From contig JAQGDQ010000164.1 of NCBI GenBank assembly GCA_030141605.1, positions 248,001-312,000 of the forward strand: a stretch of DNA of 64,000 nucleotides, in the 5' to 3' direction. The first letter of the stretch is position 1, and each line of letters opens with the position of its first letter. Source of the stretch: Tubiluchus corallicola (taxonomy: Eukaryota > Animalia > Priapulida). The notes under the pieces are model-generated. The model made no database searches and had not been told where the DNA came from. It was given only the letters and a program-made list of their open reading frames with translations. Positions 12,001-64,000 of this stretch are shown here, in pieces. The translations under genes and the position numbers were made by a program.

Positions 12001-12534
12001 NAAATTCAAGCAGATGTACGAAAAGTTGTTCACACGTTTTTATGTGCAAATGCGACACAAATATGAACTTCTTTCTTGTGTTTGACATTCAGGTTCAGAT
12101 CGAATTTTCCTTATTGACGAAGCCTTACGTTCATTTTGGAGTTACTGTTCACTTGTAGTCTTTCGGTTTGATATATGACTAACTCACATCACACAGTAGT
12201 TCAATGTTCATAGACTCACAGTACATTAATATGTCTGTACTACAAACAGTCTGTGCGTTTTCAATGGGAATAAGATTACAATAGGAATACCACATTTTTG
12301 TTAGTAGGCCTTACATTAGTGTCTGTAACGATGCATTGTGAAACCTAGCCATACTCAGCTAAATTTGGTTCCTGGTTTCTGTAGGGATTGCTAAGCGATT
12401 TGTTTGGCCGTTTAAATGAGAAACGTTAAATTTGGTTGAGTCTAAAATTGCACTAAGCACAGAAATATCACAGATTTGCTAAACCAAACAAATGTTACAA
12501 AATCACGTAAATGGTTTTGTGACTTGAACTTCCA

Positions 12535-12988
12535 TTATGGCAAACTAGTGGCATTTGTAGCCACATCATAAGATGGCGGTGGAGGAAGCGATTTACCACT
12601 GAACGTAAATCCTTGATCTGTTGTCTCTTTGACATCTGAACCAGGCGCTGATGCTCCGGCACTTAAACCTTGATGTGGTCCACCGGGCGGATACCCAGGA
12701 TTCATCTGCATACCATAATTGCCGTATCTTGTGTTGTAGGTATTGTATCCACCAAGGCCAAAGCTTGGCCCTCCGCTGAAGGTATTGTGACTGACTACAG
12801 TTGTACCGTGGTTGTATCCGTTTCGGTAGACCGAGGAGACTGGCCCATTATGGGCGTAACCCCTGTTTGTAATTACTGTGACTCGCCTGTTGGATTTTCT
12901 GTAGAACAGGAGGATTAATCCAATGATTAAAAGGATAGCTCCAACACTATACAGAAGAACTTCTCCCAAGTAGTAGTACACAATAGCA
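12535..12988 (-). CDS. Two-TM PPxY protein, coding exon 2
   Basis: Second helix, GY/NY-rich tail, PPPPSY, stop; polypyrimidine acceptor. Confidence 0.82.
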
Positions 12989-14938
12989 CTGAAATAAACA
13001 AGTGAAAGCAAAAGTAAAAACCAGCTGTGCGATAGCGTTAACAAATGACTAATTAATAACAAGTAGCACAATGAAGAAAAAACACGATGATTCAGTACAG
13101 CACTCTGGACTATCTTCAAATCAAAAAGAAGTGGCACAAGCACAACATTTTTTGGATTTTGTAATAAACACGTTCACTGCAAACCACAGAAAATATCACA
13201 CAGGAGAGAACACAATCGGGGAAAAACACAAAGCTTGCTAGAGTTTTTATCCGCGCTGAACTCTTTTGCTGGTGTTTTCTTGTGATTGTGTTCCTTAACG
13301 CGTGTGGGTATTTTCTGCAGTGTTCAGTGTGCTTTTCCAAAAAATATTATTTAATGATTGCTTGTGCTTTTTTTGTTTGATACAAAATTATGCAGAAACA
13401 AGCCAGAGTAATTGTGTCGATTCTTATCATTAAGAGTTATCCCTATGTTATTAAAACCGGATCGTGTTCAGTTGTTGTGCAATTTAGTTTTGGGCAAGTT
13501 TAGTATTCATACTGGGCCCAGATTGTAGACCTAAAGTGTTTGTGTGTAGGAAGTAGAGGAAATGCAAAACACGCCCTCGCATTAACTTGTAATAATAAAA
13601 TTATCCGCGTAATAAAGTAACTCGTAAAAATGAGCTAAATAGTGAAGTTTATTCATTTTATTGCCTCATTAGAATATGAATACTTGTAGTAAAAAGTTGA
13701 GTTCTTTCTCAAATTACATTTAACACATTGACAACTTTTAGTAACAGTTCTTTTTTCACTTCACATTATTACTAGCTAGAAGAAAGAAAGGCAATTCGTC
13801 AATTTATCACTGCCTTCTATTCCTTAAAACGTAGTAACAGTTCTGTTTTCACTTCACATTATTACTAGCTAGAAGAAAGAAAGGCAATTCGTCAATTTAT
13901 CACTGCCTTCTATTCCTTAAAACGTAGTAACAGTTCTTTTTTCACTTCACATTATTACTAGCTAGAAGAAAGAAAGGCAATTCGTCAATTTATCACTGCC
14001 TTCTATTCCTTAAAACGATCCGTATTCTCCTGCCTACTACTACTACGCTCATTTCCATTTTTTGTAATTGCCAATCGATGGCAGCACAAGCTTATACTTG
14101 TATATTATGGCTCCAGCTTCAATTGGCTGTTAATAAGATCGACTGGGTATTATAAATTAACGTTAAACACAGTATAACACGAGCTATTTATAATTATTTT
14201 TAAGTACATGTACTGATGTGAAGATGTTGTTTTAACTCTACTAATGTTAAAACATTAAGCTGTTTTTAATAGTACGAAAATCACAGAGTCATAACATTCA
14301 AACACTCGTAACGTCTCTTTATTTTTTAAGGAAAATGCATCTTCAAAACGCCGTCACGGACTTAAAATAAAAAAAAACAACTTATAGTCACCTATAGTAT
14401 ACTGTGGTCAATAATAGTTACGTAGTGTTACTATATTACACTCAAGTAATATTTTGTTACATGATTTAACACCCAACTGCATTACTTAACAGTTATTTAT
14501 CAGTATAATGTTATTTCTGCTGCACCGTTTCTCTTGGATTCACCATGTAGCAACTTAAGTACTATACATTTTTAATTTTTCCTCATTTTTGTGCAGATTT
14601 ACTGTTCTAAGCTTTCGGAACTTTGACCCTCGAGTCAACATCGAGGTTGGATTAGGCGCAAAAGGTGGTGCAAAGATGACAAGTGTCTACTACTCAGATA
14701 CATTAAAATATTTTTAAATATTAAAATATAAAAACAATCTTAGTTTTTAGTAGGTAACCAACCTGAAATTTAAAACAACCATAGCACTGGTAAATAGAGC
14801 AGACATGATGATGCCTCCAACAAATGACAAAGAGCCAAGTACCAAGAGTACAATAGCAATCATCCGTTTCTTATGCTCTTTTGTCTTCAGTGCAGCTTCA
14901 TTACTCTGCGGAAGAGGTGCTGTTTCCACGGGAACCAT
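12535..14938 (-). CDS. Uncharacterised two-TM membrane protein with Gly/Tyr/Pro-rich tail and PPxY motif, ~209 aa, 2 coding exons
   Basis: Exon 14938-14763 (gtcATGG; MVPVETAPLP...MIAIVLLVLGSLSFVGGIIMSALF) joins at phase 2 (AG|gttggt ... tttcag|T) to exon 12988-12535 (YYLGEVLLYSVGAILLIIGLILLFYRK...PPPPSYDVA). An acceptor at 14954-14955 implies an upstream UTR exon. Confidence 0.8.
13149..13345. mobile_element. Degenerate palindromic (hairpin) MITE-like element
   Basis: Arms pair: TTTTTGGA/TCCAAAAA, CAGAAAATAtCACAC/GTGTGggTATTTTCTG, GAACACAATC/GATTGTGTTC, AGAGTT/AACTCT. Confidence 0.65.
13740..14017. repeat. 93-bp tandem repeat, 3 near-identical copies
   Basis: Units start at 13740, 13833, 13926. 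Confidence 0.97.
14763..14938 (-). CDS. Two-TM PPxY protein, coding exon 1
   Basis: Strong start context, first hydrophobic helix, phase-2 donor. Confidence 0.75.
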
Positions 14939-17349
14939 GACAGCAAAATTTTGCTGAAACAGACAGTATTAATAGTAACCGTTAGTAAACGGTAACCCGA
15001 TTGGTCAGTGTGTTCATCAAGGGCTGTAATGCTTCACTCAGTTTCTGAGATTGAATACAATGCAAAAATTTAATCTCAGAACCTTGAAGCTATGTAACTG
15101 TAAACTACGTTAATTGTAAACCTACAGCTAAGTAAATTTTAATACCGAATTTGAACCGTAGGAAATGTGAAAAGTTGTAATATAGCCTGGATTTGAACCA
15201 GGGACTTTCTGCCTACAGAGCAGGCGCCTTGAACAAACAAACCACCATATTCCTCAGTGATCAACGCTCTCCATGGTTCACCTCTTATAACTGACCGACC
15301 AAATTCAGTGTTTCGAATCTTCATATACTATAAAGTCAGTTTAGCTAATTGGATTAAGACATGTATTAGTTAATTTAATAATTCTTGGCAGTTTCAAATC
15401 CTATTAATGACTATTAACCTGACTTCACTTAGGCGTTCCTTAAACGATCTTAACATACTCGTGTTATTAACGACAACGCATCATCAACGGAGCAAAAAGA
15501 GCGAAGACTGATTCTGCACATCAACAGGAAAACAGCTAACTTAAGGTATTCACTGTTGAATAGCCTTACAACACAGGACACATTCTCACAGTTTGCACAT
15601 TTTCAAAGCTTAAGACACGGCCAAAATTCCGTTACGTGTAGAGGGTTTCATTTGATCCATGGTTAAAAATTATCCGTCCTCATTGATACCTGCATAAAAG
15701 TGAAGACAGAAATCTGCACGTTTTGACTCCGAAAGTAGCAACATGTTTGGAGATTTTTATGATGAAAAGTTTTCAGTATCTGTAAAGTTCGATCACAAGC
15801 ATTTGTTATTACTGAAGCATTTGCTGAAATTGTTCAATTGTGGTGCTTTTACTGGCCTTGATTTCGAAAATTTGCCGCAGTTAATGTAATAAAAGAATAA
15901 AAGCAAGGACAGTCACTCATGCTTAGAAAAACTTTCTTGAACTAACAAGATTTAAAGATGTCTCGAAAAACACATTTTCCTGTGGCAATATTATAGCATC
16001 GAGCTAGCAACTAAAGTACCTGCACAAACCATCATGAATACATATCCATGGCAATATACTTGACATTTTCCACCTGATGTTGTCCCATTTGGTGAAATAA
16101 TTTATTTCGTGCAAGTTCTGGATTATGTACTACAATGTGTCATGCGACCTGCCTTTCAAATGACTAGATAACCAAGCAAGGAGAACATAATGAGAAAGAT
16201 CAGGACGCCAGAAATTGAAAACCTGGGTAAAGTAATACTATCTACTTTATATTTGATGAAAATCGGTAATTCTTGATTGTGAAATAACCCAAATAGAACT
16301 GAGAAAGGTCACAAAAATTACCCTATAAACTGCTAATTGAGATTACCCTCACATGGTTGGGGGAAGTACACCCAGCAACCTACCACGGATTGACAAGATA
16401 GATTTCACATGTATACATACCTGGTTAGACTATAAAAACACTTCTCTATTTTACGATTAGTAAGCTTGTAAAATTCTCTATGCCACAAACGCAACCTACA
16501 TTTTTGCACTGTTACTACATAAATGGACCGTACCATAGACGTAATTGCTTTTATCATAACAAACCAGCAGTCACAACTTGAATGTGGACATTGATGTTTA
16601 GTAGTCATGGTAGAAGTAAAATCAATTGCTTTGCTCTTGGTAACTACAGACGACTGTTGCATTGGTGGCTGTATGACAGTTGGTGCTACCGCTTACATGT
16701 TTCCCTAATTAAATATCTATACAATAATAGGAAGAATAATTGTTGCAAACACTCTAGCCATGGCTTGATTTATGCCAGGGTAGCCCGAACCACGTTGAGT
16801 TCGGGAGCCCTCAACATAGAAACTGAATTGCATTAATTTATTAATTAAATTAAATGACGTAAAAAGTAAACTAAAGTTAATAATAAAAAAATAGAAGTTA
16901 GATTAGATTTCGAAGAAGACATATTTTGATTTTACTATTCTCGGTTTCATTAACGTTAAGAATAATTTTAACTACATTTTTAGTTTCTAATAATTATAAG
17001 TCAGAGTGTAATCAAACAATCAAATTATAGATGATCAGGTAAGATATGATTGAAGTGTTTTGATTCAAATTTCTTGACGTAAATACAAATAGGCCTAATA
17101 ATGATTCACATGGAATTCACAAATACCAGCATAAATTATTTTCCACTAATATTTTACAGCTATGATAATGCATCTCAAAGTAAACAATGATTACAAACAA
17201 TCCGTAAACAGTACTTACAAACAGTAAACAGTACAAAAACTAAACTGTGTTCTTATTATCACTGCTGAAAATGTTGAAGCAGGTCTTTTAGTTTCATTAT
17301 TAAAACTCAGCTATTATAACTGAGCTATTATAACTCAGATCATGTAGGG

Positions 17350-17355
<6 letters not shown>

Positions 17356-17401
<46 letters not shown>
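17356..17401. repeat. (AT)n microsatellite
   Basis: Direct reading. Confidence 0.95.
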
Positions 17402-17402
<1 letters not shown>

Positions 17403-18649
17403 GTAGAAGAAAGTCTGCATTGGCTCTCACTTCCGGAAGGTCAAGCAATGTACTGTAAATGTACAAAAAACATGATTTAGGGTAAAATCAAAACTGTTTA
17501 AATGAAAAACTGAACTGTATTGCGAAGGAATGTTACGTTTATTATGCATTTTCCATTACATTTATAGACCTCATATTTGTCCATGATTTCAAGTGTTTTT
17601 TGCGTTCTTTTTTTAACCAATGTTCTTGCAATGCAAACTGTAAGAACAGTAACCGAAGCGTTGGTCGCTCAAACAGTTTTTTTGCCGATAGATGGAGATA
17701 TTGCTTTCTGTTTTCTAAATATATAGGTACTCAACTGTTTTCTGGAGTACCCATACATGCTCTGCGTAAATTGTTTTCTACTGTTTTAATGCTATCATCA
17801 GGGCACTGTACTATACAACATGCTGCAACCGAAAACATCATTCTCTGGGAATCTCTGTCGTCTCCCAAAATCACAAGGATTATCCTTGATATTGAGCCGG
17901 ATTCCGCCATAACCATTCACTTAAATTACTCATTCCCTTAGTGTACAAAATTTAAATTCTGCTGATGTTCATCAATAATAATTGATTTTCTGATAATTCA
18001 TTATGGATGATCTTAATTCCAGGATTGTTAAGTGAAGGAATGCAAGTTTAATATCTTAGAATATAAAACTACGAGTCATCATATTGTGATAGGAAACTGA
18101 CCTATGGGCGACTTGTAATGCCTTACCAGTCTTTTCAGCACTTTCAGCTTCCTGGTTTCGATTTTTAATTTCCTTCTTTCGTTCACATTGATTTTGTCAT
18201 AAAAAAACTTAATGAATTAATTAATATGAGTTTATTCCACTATAGGTTAGCAGCTACATTGTAATAAATCGTTGGCAATTTCGTGTATGAAAAATGTATG
18301 AAAATTACTTGACATTTCGAAATTAAGAGAATAGCTTTTGTTGCTGCATTGAAAAAGAAAAATAATATTGTAATACATGTTTGAATAGAAAGTAATAAAG
18401 TAAATGTAAAATTCTTCGAATTTGTTTAGTGTTCCGTAAGTCTCTTTCTTCATAATTTTTAAGGCCAAGCAGAAATTTAATAAATTTTTCCGTGTCATAA
18501 ATTTTTTTGACATTGATGAATATAAAAATACATTGTTGTGTTTTGTAAAAAAAAAGTTAGCATGTTGTTCAACACCTAACAAGAGCACTGGAAGCCAAAA
18601 ATGAAAGTTTAAACAAACGTTTGGAGTGAATAATCAGAATACGCCTTAT

Positions 18650-19017
18650 AGTGGAGTACGGGAGGAGAGATTTATTTTCGGCGCCGAATGGCTACGTTTT
18701 TCATCTTTAGATGGCGCCACGCACAACAGTTCCCGACATTGTATTTTTCTGCGCGTGCGCATTGAGCGTTAGATGTGTAGAAAACCGAGCTTCAAGCTAC
18801 AGTATGAATAGTGTGCGTCTTTCTACTGTTGTGATAAAGGGATGAATATTTTCTTTGCGAATTTTGCGTAGAGTGTTCCAAAACTGAAATACACAGTGAC
18901 TCAGTGTAATAAACTGAGAATGTGACGACGTAAAATTAGCTTTGTTGGCGTTAATATGGACTTGTGACCGTGAAAAACTTAGGAACATTCTTCTTGGCTT
19001 AAGTGAAAGGCTCCAAA

Positions 19018-19025
<8 letters not shown>
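18650..19025 (+). promoter_or_regulatory. Probable LRIG promoter/5'UTR
   Basis: Local CpG enrichment; AGATGGCG (YY1-like, 18709), ACAACAGTTCCC (ZNF143-like, 18723), TGCGCGTGCGCA (NRF1-like, 18750), AAAATGGCGGC over the ATG. Confidence 0.6.
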
Positions 19026-51859
<32,834 letters not shown>

Positions 51860-53597
51860 CATTGTTCACATCATGGACCATTGTTATTGTTGTTATACTT
51901 TGTTTACCCCAAAACCTAGTCGATATTTTTGTATATAGCTCAATGTCGTTAGTTTTCAGTGTCGCAATTTGTCTTGTTTCCATGATGTGTGAACAGACCC
52001 TTACCAAGAAAGTGCAGGTGTGTCTGTGATGTGTGAATGATCTTTATCAAGTTAACGTAGCCGGTGTTAGTGTTAAAACATGTTGTAAATATACGAATGT
52101 AGATGTTTTATAGCGTAAATCATGGATTTCTGAATCAAACCCATTATATAAATTATATTTACATTAGAAAGATTTTGAGATGAGGCATTTTATAGTAATG
52201 AGATGATTTATCACTGCCAAAGATGTTCAAGTACCAAATTGCATCTCTAATGATTAATCACTGTAAATCATTAATCTATTGATTGTTTTTGCTCTAAGTT
52301 AAGTAAATAATTAGCAGTAGTATCTCGCAGCTTTATGCACAGTACTTGCGCTTTGATTCAAGTTTTTGTGCGCCCGTTACCCAATCATGTTGTTATTGAG
52401 TTGTACTTTAATATTCGCCTGTATTTTTAGGTTTAAATTATTGATGCTCAAATATAATCATGCTTGTATGATCAGTTAATGCATATACAGCTGACATGTT
52501 GAGAAGATATTATTGTCCAATTTAATAATTGTTTTCAGAAACCAGTCGATGTACAAATACACGTGAATAGAGCGATGATGTCTTACACTGTATGTAGACT
52601 AAGGCACTGATTGTGGTGCTTTTGCTGTTAGTGATTTGGCTGTTTTAACATTCCTTCATATAGTCTCATTATGTAAGATTTACAGATTGTTTCGCGAGCG
52701 AGAACAAACTTGTATAAAAATTTTGTACATAATGTAAATAGTAATTAGAAGTAGAGATATTATTTTGTAAATATTGATGCCATTCACGTCTTAGAAGATT
52801 TGGCTGCCGTCATTGTGGCCTGTGACATGTCATTTCGCTGGTTTTTGAAGAATTAAAAGTATTTTAAACGTCCAAAAAGAATTTTCTGCTTTGTTTTTTT
52901 TTAGTTTTAATTTATATAGGTAGGCCCATTTTATTTAAAACGATGTAAAAGCGAATCATTTTACCTGCTTTTGCGAATCACTTTTGCAGCGCTTTCTGAT
53001 TAGGCAAATTATGGCTGTTCATTATCACTATAGGCAAAAACCATATTTATTAACGCCTTCAAGTTCATAACTGTTTGTGGTGCATTAGTATTTTAAAGTT
53101 ATAATCACCCGTTTTCAGCACTGTTCATTGTTTGTTCCTTCCTTCCATTTCCTAGTTAAACACTGTTGTTTTCTATTTACTGGAATTATGGAAAATTGAG
53201 CATTATGGTTTGCACTTAGTTAAAACGTCTTATTTCCTGTAGTTCCCATTATTACAGTGCACAGTGGTGTCCCTTGCAGTAGATAAAGCTAAAGGTTTGT
53301 TTGAAACTTGGAAAAGAGTTGTTGCTAACAAAAGTTATTTAATTATATTTCCTTATTTTATTCAGTACAATGAAGGAGAGTTTCTGATTATTGTTATGGC
53401 CTACATTTAAGTTATAAATGCAGTGCTTTGTTTTCACTTGGTTAGGTCATTATGTACAGTCCAGCAGTCCTGAACACCTTCCCCTATACTTAATATTGTT
53501 GTATAAAAGATGTATGTAAAGAAATACTTTATTTACAAGTTTGTATAGAATTACTGTATAGTGTGTACTTTTAAGTGGTAATTTTGTATAGCATCAT

Positions 53598-53603
53598 AAT
53601 AAA
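53598..53603 (+). terminator. Candidate LRIG polyadenylation signal
   Basis: AATAAA preceded by several TGTA motifs and followed by T/GT-rich sequence. Confidence 0.45.
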
Positions 53604-55132
53604 TCAATAAGTGTACTGAAAAATTTGTTTTGATTATAGACTACCGGGTGCCTGCACTAATATCTAAACATTGCTTGGAATGTACATTCAGTATACCCAT
53701 TAAGCGGCTTTCAGTCTGTAAAGCTATAAGAAACGTAAAGAAAGAATTTACATGGTACAGTATATTTTATTCACTCTGCTACAGTTCGGTGAGGCACATG
53801 CGCTATTGTAGAAATGAATACAGCAGTTTTTATATACAGCAAAACACGAAGAACACAACAAAGCTGAATTTTCAGTAGTCAGATATATGCGAGGTCTTAC
53901 CTCAAAACCACAAGTTTTATGATTACAATTTTGACAAACGTACTACGAAAATGAAATTTCATAAACGTAAAACTGAACTAAGTGAATTAAAAGGTGTTCA
54001 TATAAACAATACTTATTAATTTACACACCCTGAGATGTTATATTCTGAACAGGAAGTAGGTGGTTCAAGCATATAGGATTGCTTTTAAGGTGAATAGGAA
54101 ATAAGGTGCATTTGGAAAGCTAATGTTGCCATTTTGGTGAAAACAGTGTCTGCAGTGTTTTACGTCAACCTCCTTAAAAACAAACAACGTCTACATAAGT
54201 AGCAATTTGGGTCGAGTTTCTCAATTAAAAATACAGGTTAGCACTTTGAACCAAAATGTTCATGACTTCAAGAACCGTAATGTCACAAGCTTGCGTTGCG
54301 CCTGTAGGTCACTTGGTATTTTTTCGTTTTACATTAACAATAATGCTTATCTCTGGAAACTTGTCCAATAAGTACACGAGCATTTGTTTTCCCAATGCAC
54401 CTATGCAACAAATCGTAGTCATGGCAACACAACACCATGAACCTTGTTACAAATGAATCAACTATGACTTGGTCATTCCCTGACAAACTACAAGGGTATG
54501 CTATATGCGATCACAGTTAACTTGCTCCTGTAGCCTATTCACACTGAAAGGCTGTGTAGTGCATTTACCCAGCACGACTGCTTGGTCCTGTTAAACAGTT
54601 ATATTAAAACGAAGTCAGAAACAACAGACAGAAACAAATATTTTGTTTAGTAGGAAAAGTAATATGAAAAGCATTAAAATTATTTTTTCAAAAGACTGTT
54701 AAGTTCTGTAATGGAGCGAATGTTTACTGAAACATCAGTACAGTTCAATTTGCTTTTTTTAATATCACGAGCTTCAAAATCTCCATTATAAAAAAATAAC
54801 AAGTTTCCATGGGCAACCAGAGTAATGAACCCATTATAATTACAAATTTTTTTACCAACATTTATCAAATGTTGGTGTCAGTCTCAACTTAAGTGTGATA
54901 AAAGGCATCACATGTGGCACTTAGGTATTTTCCAGAAACACTTGGCAAAACAACATTTTGGACATAACATTCGTTAACTGGAAAACAAATAACAAGTTAT
55001 CTTTATTTTTTTGAACTAATACAGGCATTATTTTAACGGGCTTAAACCGGCTTAAGTAATCCATCTGAGTAAACCAGCCAGTACAAGTAAACAGACTCAG
55101 TGTGAAAAGGCTACACATCACACGACACACTA

Positions 55133-62934
<7,802 letters not shown>

Positions 62935-63919
62935 CTAAGAAATAATACTTTCTTCATAAGTATCAAAATCAAATGCAAAATATCAGACAACTGAATCACA
63001 ACAAAAAATTACCTTCCCTTACATTTTTGAATAGCAACCAATTTTTTTTCAATGCTTAAATGCTTAACGTGTGAAAATGATTATGACAAAATTAAAATTA
63101 TAGCCGAAAAATTAACAATATTTAACAAGTAGTACATTGTAAGACCTTGTGAATGTACATGTGGAGCAAAATAGTTTATAACATCAAAAATTTCACTTAG
63201 ACAGAGCTTGAATATATTAAATGAGAAATGCTTACAGTTTCACATTTAATATTTTTAAAAAGCATAGTTTACTAAAAATAAAAAGATGAAAGGGTCAGCA
63301 TACAGCTGCTATAACAAAACGTAAGTTGAAGGCAAACAAAATTCTATTGCAACCAAAGCGATTAAAAAATGCGAGTACTATAATTTCACTTCTAGTTCAC
63401 CTTAGTTTACAACAAAGTGTATCTGTATCTGTAATTTCACCTAATTGTAATGAGCAGAGCACTAGACCAAGACTATCTTTTTTATTATTCCTCACTGAGT
63501 CACTGTTTTTCACTTTATTTTTATATAAATCTGAAAAGCTGAAACAAATAAGTTCATAGCCACTCATTACTGAAAGTCACCATGGATTCTCTTTAGTTGC
63601 GAAAAGGTAACAAGCAATTACTGTTTGTTTATTAGTAAACTTTTTCTAAGGCATTCAAAACCTTGGCACAAAAGCTTAGTACATAACCCTTATGTATCCC
63701 TAACTCATTTTAAACACAAAAGATTAGTTTCCAGATGCTTGGTGACTTATGCTTTTTATATAAATGGCAAACTGCAGAATCTAACGCTAAAGGGAAAGGC
63801 CTACCCACTAAAGCTGAATGATGGTAGCATGACTGAACCTAGTCAAGTGAATTTTTACATCTAAGTACCCACATTAGAAGGGGGTACATAGTAACCAAAG
63901 GAGACACTGAAAAATTGTG

Positions 63920-63986
63920 GGCCAACTGGGATTTGTACCCAGAGCCTTCCTGTTTACATAGTAGATTGCTGTACCAGTTGAGCTAT
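63920..63986 (-). mobile_element. tRNA-like SINE head
   Basis: Reverse strand TAGCTCAACTGGTA (A box) ... GGGTACAAATCCC (degenerate B box). Confidence 0.55.
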
Positions 63987-64000
63987 TGCCTATTGGCCTA

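Noticed and set aside
12989-13143. N-terminal ~51 aa of the 202-aa ORF
   Set aside because: Lies upstream of a good acceptor at 12989; the real N-terminus more plausibly comes from the 14938-14763 exon
63920-63986. Possible tRNA gene (similar B-box-like pieces near 6520, 15185, 37320)
   Set aside because: Degenerate T-loop and no complete cloverleaf; treated as SINE heads

Overview
AT-rich, intron-rich animal (probably invertebrate) genomic DNA, with a 3-base assembly gap at 11998-12000. Three spliced protein genes can be rebuilt by hand. (1) A complete 21-exon LRIG-family receptor gene on + (19018-51859, ~1028 aa: signal peptide, 15 LRRs, 3 Ig domains, TM, cytoplasmic tail). (2) A convergent RUVBL1/pontin gene on - (8 coding exons, 62889-55133, first exon beyond the window), with a GC-AG intron and a triplicated in-frame splice donor. 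(3) A 2-coding-exon, ~209 aa two-TM protein with a C-terminal PPxY motif on - (14938-12535). Other features: an isolated intact FGD5/6-like RhoGEF exon (9808-9951), two near-identical inverted 455-bp TA-flanked MITEs (one in LRIG, one in RUVBL1), LINE/SINE relics, minisatellites and a ~680-bp GA tract. The best candidate for something undescribed is inferred, not proven: four small minus-strand multi-exon units in the first 8.4 kb that share an RFX-half-site + forkhead/CRE composite promoter motif. All exon calls come from manual reading of splice sites, frame and family motifs; no database search was run.
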